Of a stretch of 64,000 nt of DNA, positions 20,547 to 29,538 are shown piece after piece. Within the stretch, counting starts at the first letter, position 1, and every line of letters starts with the position of its first letter. The stretch lies in contig CAYPFW010000004.1 of the NCBI GenBank assembly GCA_964410585.1, positions 21,120 through 85,119 of the forward strand. The letters are read 5' to 3'. Under the pieces are notes generated by a model. The model was not told where the DNA came from. It saw only the letters and a program-made list of their open reading frames with translations, and made no database searches. Made by a program: the position numbers and the translations under genes. This DNA is from an uncultured archaeon (GTDB lineage: Archaea; Aenigmatarchaeota; Aenigmatarchaeia; QMZP01; JACQNV01).

Positions 20547-20606
20547 TGAATACTGTTTTTCTTTGTGTACGGTGGACTTTCTTCTTTTGAGAAAGAAAGG
20601 CTAGCA
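20547..20606 (-). repeat. dispersed hairpin repeat family A in suf operon leader
   Basis: minus strand tgctagcctttctttctcaaaagaagaaagtccaccgtacacaaagaaaaacagtattcaaat. Confidence 0.8.
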
Positions 20607-20699
20607 AGTTTTAATAGTTATTAAAAGTTCGTTTACGTTCTATATTTAGACTAAAGGTTTTAAATACTTAACAATGAAAAGTCCCCAAATTCAGAAATA

Positions 20700-20714
20700 T
20701 ATAACAGTGTTATA
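20700..20714. promoter_or_regulatory. palindromic putative operator TATAACA-G-TGTTATA
   Basis: perfect 7-1-7 palindrome; exact reverse-complement copy at 26582-26596. Confidence 0.55.
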
Positions 20715-20795
20715 ATCAATAGCTTACTATTATAAAGTAGCTACTAATAAGGTTTATAAAGGTTAAAATTAATTAGTATCGGTTTTGAGGTTGAA

Positions 20796-21569
20796 ATGAA
20801 AATCAGAAAATTAGTTGTTGAAGAACCAAAAATAATAGAAGGGGTTTTGGTTAGTAGAGATCGTGGGTTTGCTGGTGGAGATATTGAGATATCACCAACC
20901 GCTAGAGTGGTAGCTACTGTTAATGGTAACATGACATCTTACACTCTTGAAAGCTATGATAGAGCATCTTCCTTTAGAGGACCTGTCTATTGCCCTTTAC
21001 CAGAAAGAATTTATCCAAGAGTAAGAGTTACTGAAACAAGAGAAAGGGAAACCAAAAGAAATGATAGAGAATATGTACAATCTGGTTTTGTAACAACAAT
21101 TGTTGAAGATTTAGATCAAGGCACTAAAACAGAAAATCGGGTTCTAGATTTTGTGAACAGTGGATATGCTTTTTGGAATAGAATTGTGAGAGGAACTTTG
21201 GAACAACTTCCATCGGAGCAAGCAAGGGAAAAACTGAAAAAAAGAAAAGATCCTATTGAGGACGCAGTTGTTCTTGGAATAAGAAGCTTGAATGGAAGAT
21301 GTTTGATTCCAATTATTTTTTATCCAGACCGAGAAGTATCAATACCACAAGAAGCTTACGGTCACAGAGTTCATTTCCAAGAAGGTATGTGGAACCACGA
21401 TATAGATGGTCTTGGCAACGATAGGAGTTTTGACCAACTGCTTAGAGACTTAGAAACAGGAAAAGATTATTCAGGTGGAGCAGACCACGAAATGTTAAGT
21501 CCCAGAAGACTTGAAAGACTAAGACAACAAGCAAAAAAATTTAGTAAAAAATCAGGCATTAGATTTTAG
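20796..21569 (+). CDS. hypothetical protein (orphan)
   Basis: 257-aa ORF with gaggt SD and tttataaa TATA upstream. Confidence 0.7.
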   Translation: MKIRKLVVEEPKIIEGVLVSRDRGFAGGDIEISPTARVVATVNGNMTSYTLESYDRASSFRGPVYCPLPERIYPRVRVTETRERETKRNDREYVQSGFVTTIVEDLDQGTKTENRVLDFVNSGYAFWNRIVRGTLEQLPSEQAREKLKKRKDPIEDAVVLGIRSLNGRCLIPIIFYPDREVSIPQEAYGHRVHFQEGMWNHDIDGLGNDRSFDQLLRDLETGKDYSGGADHEMLSPRRLERLRQQAKKFSKKSGIRF

Positions 21570-21575
21570 TTTTGT

Positions 21576-22208
21576 ATGTCCAAACCTCAACCTCTGTCTT
21601 ACAGAGAACTAATTGCACCAAAGAGAAGATATGGACCAAAAGTTTTGACACCTGAAGATATTCCAATCCATCCACATGTTTACAATAATCCCTTTTCTTA
21701 TACTCCCGAATTTACTCGAGAAGTTTTGGGAAGAATAAGAGAATCAATGATAGAAGATGATAGGACTATCAGAGAAGTTTTAGGTATAGAAACGGGATTT
21801 GAAATTCAGAATGATTGTCTCATAGCTAGATCAGTTGAAAGGGAGTACACACGCCCCGATGGAACAAAAAGAAAAACCACAACACCTGAACACCGACTTG
21901 ATTATTCCTTTGTTCATTTTTCTCCAAATCCAGGAAAACTTGAAACAGGTGTTTCTATTGGCAGTGCGAACATTGATATAGTTCCGCATTTGGCTTGTCA
22001 TATTCGATTAGAAGTAAGTCTAACAGAGGCACATCCAATGTCGCCAGAAAGGTTGGAAGAATATGCATATGCATCTGACCTGAATTTAAGGGTTCCCCAA
22101 ATACATGCTTGGTATAGACACAATTTAGATGATGCATCAGCCACTGCTCTGCATTTCTTTAGAAACTTCGCAATTCTGTTCAACAATTTAGGGCTTGAAG
22201 TTGTTTAG
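21576..22208 (+). CDS. hypothetical protein (orphan)
   Basis: 210-aa ORF 6 nt after previous gene. Confidence 0.7.
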   Translation: MSKPQPLSYRELIAPKRRYGPKVLTPEDIPIHPHVYNNPFSYTPEFTREVLGRIRESMIEDDRTIREVLGIETGFEIQNDCLIARSVEREYTRPDGTKRKTTTPEHRLDYSFVHFSPNPGKLETGVSIGSANIDIVPHLACHIRLEVSLTEAHPMSPERLEEYAYASDLNLRVPQIHAWYRHNLDDASATALHFFRNFAILFNNLGLEVV

Positions 22209-22235
22209 ATCTAAATTTAAAACTTCCTTCTAATT

Positions 22236-22814
22236 TTGTACATGGTTCATCCTCAGACATTCCACGGAGTAATTGGAAGTATTTTGAAAGACGTAGTAGA
22301 TTGGGAAGGAAATCCTTTAGATTTCTCCCAACCAACACTCAGAGGTATTGGAAGATACCACAGAGCAAACGAAAGAGAACAATATCCTGTGCTTTTTGAT
22401 TTGGATCTTGGTGTTGATCTTTCTGTGATAAAAAATCCAGCTGCATTTACTGGTTTGCAATATGTGCTTGCAGAAGCTGTTTACAATTCAATCAAAGCAT
22501 ACAGAGACTCTGAAAAAAACACAGGTGTTTTGAGAGAAGGAGGGGTAAGAATTCTTGCATACGAAACAAGCAATGATTATAGGATAGAAATCCAAGACAG
22601 AGCAGGCGGTGTTTCCAAAACAACTGCAGCAACTGGAATGCCTGGTGAACAAACAATTAGAAGAACTAGAGAAAAGAAAACAGGTGGTGGACTTGGTTTT
22701 CAGGGAATGAGAACAATGCTACCAAAACTTGGCGGCCGCTACGAAGTCAGCCACATAAAAGAAGACGAACAGATTATTGGAACAAATTTGACAATTGTGA
22801 TTGCTAAAACCTAA
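22236..22814 (+). CDS. stand-alone GHKL (HATPase_c) domain protein
   Basis: N box EAVYNSIKA, G1 IQDRAGG, G2 GGGLGF, GTNLTI. Confidence 0.8.
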   Translation: MYMVHPQTFHGVIGSILKDVVDWEGNPLDFSQPTLRGIGRYHRANEREQYPVLFDLDLGVDLSVIKNPAAFTGLQYVLAEAVYNSIKAYRDSEKNTGVLREGGVRILAYETSNDYRIEIQDRAGGVSKTTAATGMPGEQTIRRTREKKTGGGLGFQGMRTMLPKLGGRYEVSHIKEDEQIIGTNLTIVIAKT

Positions 22815-24030
22815 CAAAATCAAACAAATTTTTCCTGTTCAAAATTTTGCTTTTCTTTGAATAGTTTTCAATTCCAATTCTTGAAACAGAATTAATAAAA
22901 TTCAAAGCTTCTTGTTTTGTTGGGAATTTTCTAGATTGTTGACGCATTGCATTCCTTACGTTTTCCCTAACTTGCCATACTCCTAAAGGTACAGTGTACC
23001 CATCTCCAATTTCTCTAAACACAACAACCTTAGCCTGCTTTTTTATTTTCTCCAAATACTCCAAAATTCCAATCCTAGAAGCATAATATCCTCCTGCCTG
23101 GAGCGAAGCATATTCTTTCCTTCCTTCATATGGTTCATATTCTTCTATTATTTTCCCTTCTGTTGGCTTGTACCAATTGCTTTGTGGTGCCCATGTCTCA
23201 AAATTCTCAAATTCCCAAGAACCTGGTATCATTAAAACAGTGAAATTGTTGTCCATATAACTGGATTGGAAAACAAAATAATTTGAGATCTCAGAATAAT
23301 CTTTTATTTTTTTAATGAGCTGCTTTCCAACAATGTCGTCAGTTGCAGTTATTGACCACCTCGTTGGCACAAGCTTTTGTTTTTTCTCCTTTCCCAAAAT
23401 TCCAGCAGACAAAATTGTTGTTATTTTGTATACATCTTGGTTTTGTTCATACAAAAGATAGGCTGCTTCTGCTGCCTTTAGATCGTCCCTAACTATGCTT
23501 TCAACCTTCGGTTTGATTTTTGTGTTTTGTGTGAGCCTCATTTTTTCTAAATTTCCAACAGGGCCCATTGGCTGACTTTGTTCAGACAATACAAAATTGA
23601 AAAATGGTTTTTTCTTGAAAAATATTTCAGTCTCAGTTGGCTTCTCGGCCAGCGCAAGTTCTTGGTTCTCCTCAATAAACCTAGATTTTGAAAAAATATT
23701 TTCCTTCTGTTTTGATCTCAGCAAAAAAGACCTCATTTGGATTATTTGGCCATAGTCCATCCCAAACCATTTTGTTGGGTCATCTATTGATTGGCTAGTT
23801 GGAGAATTTTCAGATGTTGAAATATTGTTTTCCAAGGACGACAAAGGTCCAACATACACATTTGGATAAAAGTTATGGCCCACAAACACAGACACAGAAG
23901 GCCCGAAAAATTCCTGTTTCAATTTTTCAGAAATCTGCTTTTCAATCTCATACATTTTTGGAAGAGGGTAGCTTTTGTGTATGCAAAAAGGGCGCAGATT
24001 TTCACAAACTGGACAGGCTGGAACCATCAT
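22804..24030 (-). CDS. nreA: Nre family DNA repair protein
   Basis: SVFVG..YPNVYVGP, KLVPTRWSITATDD, GGYYASR, PLGVWQVRENVR, C-terminal PIP-like KNLFDF. Confidence 0.92.
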   Translation of the reverse strand: MMVPACPVCENLRPFCIHKSYPLPKMYEIEKQISEKLKQEFFGPSVSVFVGHNFYPNVYVGPLSSLENNISTSENSPTSQSIDDPTKWFGMDYGQIIQMRSFLLRSKQKENIFSKSRFIEENQELALAEKPTETEIFFKKKPFFNFVLSEQSQPMGPVGNLEKMRLTQNTKIKPKVESIVRDDLKAAEAAYLLYEQNQDVYKITTILSAGILGKEKKQKLVPTRWSITATDDIVGKQLIKKIKDYSEISNYFVFQSSYMDNNFTVLMIPGSWEFENFETWAPQSNWYKPTEGKIIEEYEPYEGRKEYASLQAGGYYASRIGILEYLEKIKKQAKVVVFREIGDGYTVPLGVWQVRENVRNAMRQQSRKFPTKQEALNFINSVSRIGIENYSKKSKILNRKNLFDFVRF

Positions 24031-24132
24031 TTTTAAGATTTGTTTACAGAAGATAAAAACCTAACTAGAGGAGCTTTCCAATTTTCCGATAAGTTTTAGA
24101 TCAGCTTATAAAACTTATTTTCAATTTTCAAT

Positions 24133-24390
24133 ATGGCAGAACTATCAAGAAGGGAAAAAGTTTTTGTTGGAATGTCTAAGGAAGATTATTTGAAAATTGA
24201 ACATGGATTGCCAATACCGCCACAGTTTACACAAGGGGATCCTGTTAGGCTTCTTATAATGGATGCACAGGAGCATCCAGACCGAGATTATTGGGAAGAT
24301 GCCAGAAAACGAGCATCAGAAAGATATGAAGTTCCAATTGAGAAACTGCGTTTGTATAGGGAAGTTGTAACTATTGAACAAATTGAATAG
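24133..24390 (+). CDS. hypothetical protein
   Basis: 85-aa ATG ORF with ttataaa TATA ~25 nt upstream. Confidence 0.6.
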   Translation: MAELSRREKVFVGMSKEDYLKIEHGLPIPPQFTQGDPVRLLIMDAQEHPDRDYWEDARKRASERYEVPIEKLRLYREVVTIEQIE

Positions 24391-24458
24391 AAGTTTCTAT
24401 AAACTTTTCAGTGCGGAATTCTATAGAATCTTTTTATTTTCTTTTTACAATTTCTGGT

Positions 24459-24932
24459 ATGCATTTTGTTCCAGTGACTGCAGCGATTGAGAAAGATGGA
24501 AAATTTCTTCTAGTTAAAAGAAGCGAAAAAGAATCAAACTATCCTGGAAAATGGTTATTTCCTGGAGGAAAAGTTGAAAAGCAAGAAGATGCTTTGCAAG
24601 GACTGCTGAGAGAAATAAAAGAGGAAACTGGACTGGAAGTTGAAGACAAAGCAGCGATGATCAGGACATATTGGTTCACAAGGTCTGACGGAAATAATTC
24701 TTTAGGGTTTAATTTTGTTTTGAAATGGAAATCAGGTGATGTTGTCCTTGGCGAAGATCTTGAAGATTTTGCATGGGTTGCTCCAGAAGACGTGGGAAAA
24801 TACGACACAATAAAAGGCTTCCCTAACATGCTGAATCTTGCCAGAGAATTCATTGAAAAAGATTTGCTTTTCCCAATCAGCAGGATGTCACATGGGGTAA
24901 ACCACGAGAAGGTACAGAAAATAAAAACTTAA
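24459..24932 (+). CDS. NUDIX hydrolase
   Basis: FPGGKVEKQE..LLREIKEETGL; ATG 24459 preferred over GTG 24411. Confidence 0.9.
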   Translation: MHFVPVTAAIEKDGKFLLVKRSEKESNYPGKWLFPGGKVEKQEDALQGLLREIKEETGLEVEDKAAMIRTYWFTRSDGNNSLGFNFVLKWKSGDVVLGEDLEDFAWVAPEDVGKYDTIKGFPNMLNLAREFIEKDLLFPISRMSHGVNHEKVQKIKT

Positions 24933-24999
24933 ATATATTTAATTTTACCAATAAGTCTGCAAAACCTATAAATATAAATCTTAGAAATAATGTACACAT

Positions 25000-25635
25000 A
25001 TGTCACGATGCCCTTATTGCAATTCAAATGTAGATAAGAATTGGGAATTTTGCCCAAGCTGCGGTTCCCATGTACAGGTAAAGCGCGATGTTTTCTCAGA
25101 CATGTTTTCAAAAGTTTTCGATGATTTCAAGGAAATGAACAAGGTTTTTGAAAGGGATGTTGAAGCAATGGATTTGTCACCTTGGTTTAGAAGGCCTAAA
25201 GGCTCTGGATTCTCAATAAAAATAGTTACAAGTGGAAAAAACCCACCAAAAGTTTCTGTGAGAACATACGGCGATGTTGACCAGAACAGGATCAAGAAAG
25301 AAGTCTATAATCAGCTTGGAGTGCCTGGACAAGTGAAAGAAGAAAAGATAAACCAGGATGAATATTTGGAAGTAAAAGAGAAAAAAAGAAACGCGCCAAA
25401 AGTGACAGAAGAAGCAAAGGCAGATGTGCGAAGAGTTGGAGATAAAGTTATTGTCGATTTACAGCTTCCTGGAGTGAAAGCAGATGACATAGAAGTAAAA
25501 GAGCTTGAAAGCTCAGTTGAAGTAAAAGCAAATGTTGGTGATAAGGCTTATTTCAAAATTCTCACAAAACCAAAAGACTACAATTTATTTAACCAAAATT
25601 TCAAAAACGGGGTTTTGCATTTGGAATTTGCTTAA
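25000..25635 (+). CDS. zinc-ribbon + Hsp20/alpha-crystallin-like protein
   Basis: CPYC..CPSCG ribbon; DLQLPGV and FKNGVLHL. Confidence 0.8.
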   Translation: MSRCPYCNSNVDKNWEFCPSCGSHVQVKRDVFSDMFSKVFDDFKEMNKVFERDVEAMDLSPWFRRPKGSGFSIKIVTSGKNPPKVSVRTYGDVDQNRIKKEVYNQLGVPGQVKEEKINQDEYLEVKEKKRNAPKVTEEAKADVRRVGDKVIVDLQLPGVKADDIEVKELESSVEVKANVGDKAYFKILTKPKDYNLFNQNFKNGVLHLEFA

Positions 25636-25699
25636 CTTTGAAATTTTCTTTAGTTTTTAGAAGTTTTAGAATTACTTTCAAAAAATTTTTAGAAAACGC

Positions 25700-26071
25700 T
25701 TAACTTGCCTGCTTTTGTTTATCTGGTCTAGTTTCGTAGAAATGCAATAATCTAGCTGCTTCCTCTTCAGGATGTTTGTCTCTATAATCCTTTATCTTAG
25801 CTTCTGTTCTTTCTAATTTTAATCTTGCTTCTTCTTCGGGGTGCCTATTATTATAATCCTGAATTACATCCTTTGTTCTTTGTAGTTCTGATTTTGCTGC
25901 TGCCTTTTTAGTTGGACTTGCTTTGTGAACCTGTTCTTCAAGTCTAGCCCTTAGAGCCAATAATTCTGTGTATTGATCAAGAGAATATCTCCCATCACTA
26001 TCGGGCTCGCCTACATCTTCTGGTTTTTCTATAATTCTCAATCTTCCAAAAACACTTGTTGCATATGTCAT
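25700..26071 (-). CDS. hypothetical helical protein, paralogous cluster member
   Basis: RYSLDQYTELLALRARLEEQ; internal repeat HPEEEA x2. Confidence 0.65.
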   Translation of the reverse strand: MTYATSVFGRLRIIEKPEDVGEPDSDGRYSLDQYTELLALRARLEEQVHKASPTKKAAAKSELQRTKDVIQDYNNRHPEEEARLKLERTEAKIKDYRDKHPEEEAARLLHFYETRPDKQKQAS

Positions 26072-26077
26072 AAAATC

Positions 26078-26305
26078 TTAACATATTCTTGTCGTCCTTT
26101 GTGCGATTTTTCTCATTTCATCCTCGTATTGTGGGAAGCTTGTTATAACTCTACCAACTGCTTCTATTTGTTTTCTTAGCGAAGGGTGATCGGATGGAAG
26201 AGCATCATGCAATCTTTTTTGCAAGCTTGCCTGAATTCCTCTAAGTCTATAAAATCTTTCGTTGCTATATTCCCATTTTGTATCTTCTCCTCTGTAATCT
26301 GCCAT
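26078..26305 (-). CDS. small hypothetical protein, paralogous cluster member
   Basis: MADYRG..YSNERFYRL..EAVGR; gaggt SD. Confidence 0.7.
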   Translation of the reverse strand: MADYRGEDTKWEYSNERFYRLRGIQASLQKRLHDALPSDHPSLRKQIEAVGRVITSFPQYEDEMRKIAQRTTRIC

Positions 26306-26307
26306 AA

Positions 26308-26526
26308 TTAACCTCTCCTTGCAGCTGCTCTTGCAAAATTCCTATATAGATCTCCTCTGTTTGGAAATTCATCTATCTGTCTACCCACAGCTTCTAGCGA
26401 TCGTCTTATTTGATCGTTAGGAGCAGCATCTAGCTCTTGTTGCAAACCAAATCTTAATTCCAAAAGCCTGTTAAATCTGTCTTGACCATATCTTGCTTCT
26501 TGGTTTTGTCCTCTGTAATCTGTCAT
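26308..26526 (-). CDS. small hypothetical protein, paralogous cluster member
   Basis: MTDYRG..YGQDRFNRL..EAVGR; aggtga SD before ATG 26526. Confidence 0.7.
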   Translation of the reverse strand: MTDYRGQNQEARYGQDRFNRLLELRFGLQQELDAAPNDQIRRSLEAVGRQIDEFPNRGDLYRNFARAAARRG

Positions 26527-26581
26527 AGTTTTGTCACCTGATAATAGTGAATTTGTGTATTTATAAAGGTTTTGGTATTTG

Positions 26582-26596
26582 TATAACACTGTTATA
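26582..26596. promoter_or_regulatory. palindromic putative operator TATAACA-C-TGTTATA
   Basis: same palindrome as 20700; ~15 nt upstream of the minus-strand TATA (tttataaat). Confidence 0.55.
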
Positions 26597-26624
26597 TATA
26601 ATTTACAATAATTCAAATACACTC

Positions 26625-26813
26625 TCAATATCTTTCAGCCATCTCTAAAAAGTGTTCTGGTGATGTAAGTGCATATCTTGCTAATTTTGCATCAACCAGG
26701 TTATGTAGTTGCCTTACTGATCTTATTCCAGTAAGCGAACCGCTTTCTAACCTTTCGTGTGTAGATCTCCAAACTCTTCTCATTGTATCGAATTGATCTT
26801 GTGTATATTCCAT
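26625..26813 (-). CDS. small hypothetical protein
   Basis: MEYTQDQFDTM, weakly like neighbours; tttaaa TATA upstream. Confidence 0.55.
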   Translation of the reverse strand: MEYTQDQFDTMRRVWRSTHERLESGSLTGIRSVRQLHNLVDAKLARYALTSPEHFLEMAERY

Positions 26814-26945
26814 AATGATACCCTACATTATAGTATCAGAAGTTTAAATACTTAACTCTTTTTCGAGCAAAATGACAAAAACACAGAAAAAATGGACAAC
26901 AATTTATCTAAAAGTAAAAATAAAATAAAAAAAGAGAAGAAGAAC

Positions 26946-27224
26946 CTATTTTTTTGCCTTTTTCTTAGCAGGTTTCTTTTCTGTTTCTTCTTCTTTTTCA
27001 GGCTCTTCAAGCTCTTTTGAAGATTTTAGTTCATCAGCTTGTAGCCAGACTAAAAAGACTCCGATCAAAATCAAGAACGCAGGAATCATCCCTGTTAGGA
27101 CAGTTACCAAAGATTGAACCCAATACCATTGTACTCCCCAAGGTTGAAGTTGAGGCACAAAGAAAAGACCCAATCCTACGACAACTAATATGATTCCTAG
27201 AACAATACCAGCTGCTGGATGCAT
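26946..27224 (-). CDS. small two-TM membrane protein with charged tail
   Basis: aggag SD before MHPAAG; two TM segments, Glu/Lys-rich tail. Confidence 0.75.
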   Translation of the reverse strand: MHPAAGIVLGIILVVVGLGLFFVPQLQPWGVQWYWVQSLVTVLTGMIPAFLILIGVFLVWLQADELKSSKELEEPEKEEETEKKPAKKKAKK

Positions 27225-27355
27225 ATTTTTGTCTCCTATCTCATTAAATGAGAATAATATTATTAGTTGCAACTTATTTAAATAAGAGTGGATTTTCAAA
27301 TGTCACTGTCTTGCAAGCTATTTAAATAATCTTCCACTAAAGTTATATTCAATTT

Positions 27356-27925
27356 ATGAAACACTTTGAAGAGGCTTGGAGAAATCCATCTGAAGAGCAA
27401 CAGGCAATATACAAAGACAGAGTAAACTCTTGGAAAAGAGGAGAAGGATTTGTGAAAATAGAAAAGCCAACAAGATTAGAGAGAGCACATGCACTTGGAT
27501 ACAAAGCAAAGCAAGGATTTGTTGTTGTCAGAGCTCGAGTCCCAAAAGGAGATAGAAAAAGACCTAAAGTAGCAGGCGGTAGAGTTCCAAGTAAAGCAGG
27601 TAGATTTTTCTCAACATCAAAATCAAAGCAAAGGATTGCAGAAGAAAGAACAGCAAGAAAATACACAAACTTAGAAGTCTTGAATTCTTATTGGGTTGCT
27701 GAGGACGGAAATTTCGCATGGTATGAAGTCATCCTTGTTGATAAATATCATCCAGCAATCAAAGCAGACCACAAACTAAATTGGATTTGCAATCCACAAC
27801 ACACAGGCCGTGTATTTAGAGGAAAAACATCTGCAGGCAGAAGAGGTAGAGGTCTACATAAAAAGGGTAGAGGTACAGAAAAAATAAGACCTTCTCTGAG
27901 AGCACATAAAAGATTAGGTAAATAA
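27356..27925 (+). CDS. rpl15e: 50S ribosomal protein L15e
   Basis: PTRLERAHALGYKAKQG, LEVLNSYWV, GRVFRGKTSAG. Confidence 0.97.
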   Translation: MKHFEEAWRNPSEEQQAIYKDRVNSWKRGEGFVKIEKPTRLERAHALGYKAKQGFVVVRARVPKGDRKRPKVAGGRVPSKAGRFFSTSKSKQRIAEERTARKYTNLEVLNSYWVAEDGNFAWYEVILVDKYHPAIKADHKLNWICNPQHTGRVFRGKTSAGRRGRGLHKKGRGTEKIRPSLRAHKRLGK

Positions 27926-27949
27926 AAGCATCTTTTTCTAAATATTCTC

Positions 27950-28422
27950 ATGACAGATGTTAGAATAAGAGAAGCTAATCAAAAAGATTTCAAAACAATT
28001 CAAGAATTAAATCAGCTTCTTTTCCATTCAGACTTTGAATTTGATAAAACCCTGAAACTTGATTGGCCAAAATCTAAAATAGGAATCCAATACTACAAAA
28101 AGCGATTAAAGTCAAAAGATTCCTGCGTTTTTGTTGCAGTTGTTTTTGGCCAAACAGTTGGCTATCTTATTGGAAACATATCAGAACTGTCTCGTACAAA
28201 AACATCGAAAAGATAGGAGAGTTGGAAAACATGTTTGTTTTGGAAAAATATAGAAGCTTGGGAATCGGTTCCAAACTCGTTGCTGCTTTTTTCGATTGGT
28301 GCAAAACCAAGAAAATTACAAGGATTAGGACAGAAGCTTCTTTTGAAAACAAAAAAGCAATAGATTTCTACAAATCCAATGGATTCAATGAATATAGCCT
28401 AGTTCTAGAGGGGAATATTTAG
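27950..28422 (+). pseudogene. GNAT acetyltransferase split by a frameshift near 28185-28210
   Basis: N-half IREAN..VGYLIG and C-half ELENMFVLEKYRSLGIGSKL..AIDFYKSNGF lie in different frames. Confidence 0.75.
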
Positions 28423-28497
28423 CCTGTAATCAATTTTAGTAAAATTCCTATCTCTGCGTAAATTTAAATCTAACTGTCCCAAATATGGTATAGGGTT

Positions 28498-29142
28498 ATG
28501 AAATATAAAATGGTTGCTTTTGGTTTGGGTACATTGGTTAATTTTGGCAGCACAACAAATGCTTGGGATTTTGTAAGGTCTAAATATAGCCTGCCAAACT
28601 TTTGGCAAGAATATTTGAACAGGAAAATCAGCAGACAAGAAGCAAAGCTTCAAGAATACAAAGCTTGGAAAGAAAACGGAGTCAAAAAAGACAAGCTGTT
28701 GATGGAATTTAAGAAAAACACAAAATTCGTTGATGGTGTCAGGGAAGCTTTCACTGCAATTAAATCAAAAGGCTCTGTTCCTGTTATACTTTCTGATTCA
28801 CCTTTAATTGTTGTTGACGATGTTGCTGTAATTGTTGGCGCAAAATACACATCAGGCAACAAAATATTTTTCGACAAAGATGGATATGCTTATGACACTG
28901 TTCCAACTCATCCAGGACCAGATGGAAGGGTTTCTAAACACTTGGCTTTGAAAGATTTCGCTGAAAAAGAGGAAATAAAATTGAACCAAATAGCAATTGT
29001 AACAAGCAATCCAGAAGATATATCTTTGTTCAGACTTTTGGGATTTTCAATTGCTTTTAATCCTCAGTCACCTGATTTGAAAAGATCTGCAAACATCACT
29101 GTTCATTCAAAAGACCTTTCTGAAGTTGTGGACTACTTATAA
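28498..29142 (+). CDS. HAD-superfamily (phosphoserine phosphatase-like) protein with degenerate catalytic motifs
   Basis: HAD layout (VAFGLGTL, VILSDS, K, SIAFNP) but no DxD. Confidence 0.7.
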   Translation: MKYKMVAFGLGTLVNFGSTTNAWDFVRSKYSLPNFWQEYLNRKISRQEAKLQEYKAWKENGVKKDKLLMEFKKNTKFVDGVREAFTAIKSKGSVPVILSDSPLIVVDDVAVIVGAKYTSGNKIFFDKDGYAYDTVPTHPGPDGRVSKHLALKDFAEKEEIKLNQIAIVTSNPEDISLFRLLGFSIAFNPQSPDLKRSANITVHSKDLSEVVDYL

Positions 29143-29176
29143 AATATTTTTAAACTAAACCACATTTTATTCTATC

Positions 29177-29288
29177 GGGTCTATAGTCTAGTGGCTAGGA
29201 CGTGACCTTCACAGCATCTTTTTAAAAAAGCTAAACCAAAAAAGGCGTGAGATTGGTTGAGATCCAGGTTCAATTCCTGGTAGACCCA
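29177..29288 (+). tRNA. tRNA-Val(CAC) with canonical 37/38 intron (~29214-29253)
   Basis: GGGTCTA/TAGACCC-A acceptor, TT CAC A loop, BHB helix ttca/tgag; anticodon stem has two G-U pairs. Confidence 0.85.
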
Positions 29289-29327
29289 TGAAACAATTTA
29301 AAGCATCGTATATATTCTAATACAAGT

Positions 29328-29523
29328 GGGCCTATAGTCTAGTGGCAGGACACTCGCTTGACGGCACCTTTTCAGTGGATTTAGTTCACTAAAATGTCAG
29401 AATGCGAGGGGTTTTGGTTCAATTGCTACTCTTTCTTTAGAAAAGAAAGGATACCGTCCAGAAAGAAACTATTATACAAACACGGTTGGTTCAAAAACCA
29501 AGCGGAAAATCCGAATAGGCCCA
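29328..29523 (+). tRNA. tRNA-Val(GAC) with two introns (37/38 ~29364-29402; T-loop ~29424-29509)
   Basis: GGGCCTA/TAGGCCC-A, CTCGC/GCGAG stem, TTTGG/CCGAA T-stem after intron removal. Confidence 0.88.
29425..29480 (+). repeat. dispersed hairpin repeat family A within tRNA-Val T-loop intron
   Basis: gctactctttctttagaaaagaaaggataccgtccagaaagaaactattatacaaa. Confidence 0.88.
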
Positions 29524-29538
29524 TTTCCTAATACTGAT

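Noticed and set aside
29177-29288. Reading the anticodon as TCA (Sec/opal suppressor)
   Set aside because: Counting from the D-stem and the BHB register puts CAC at 34-36; the body is Val-like
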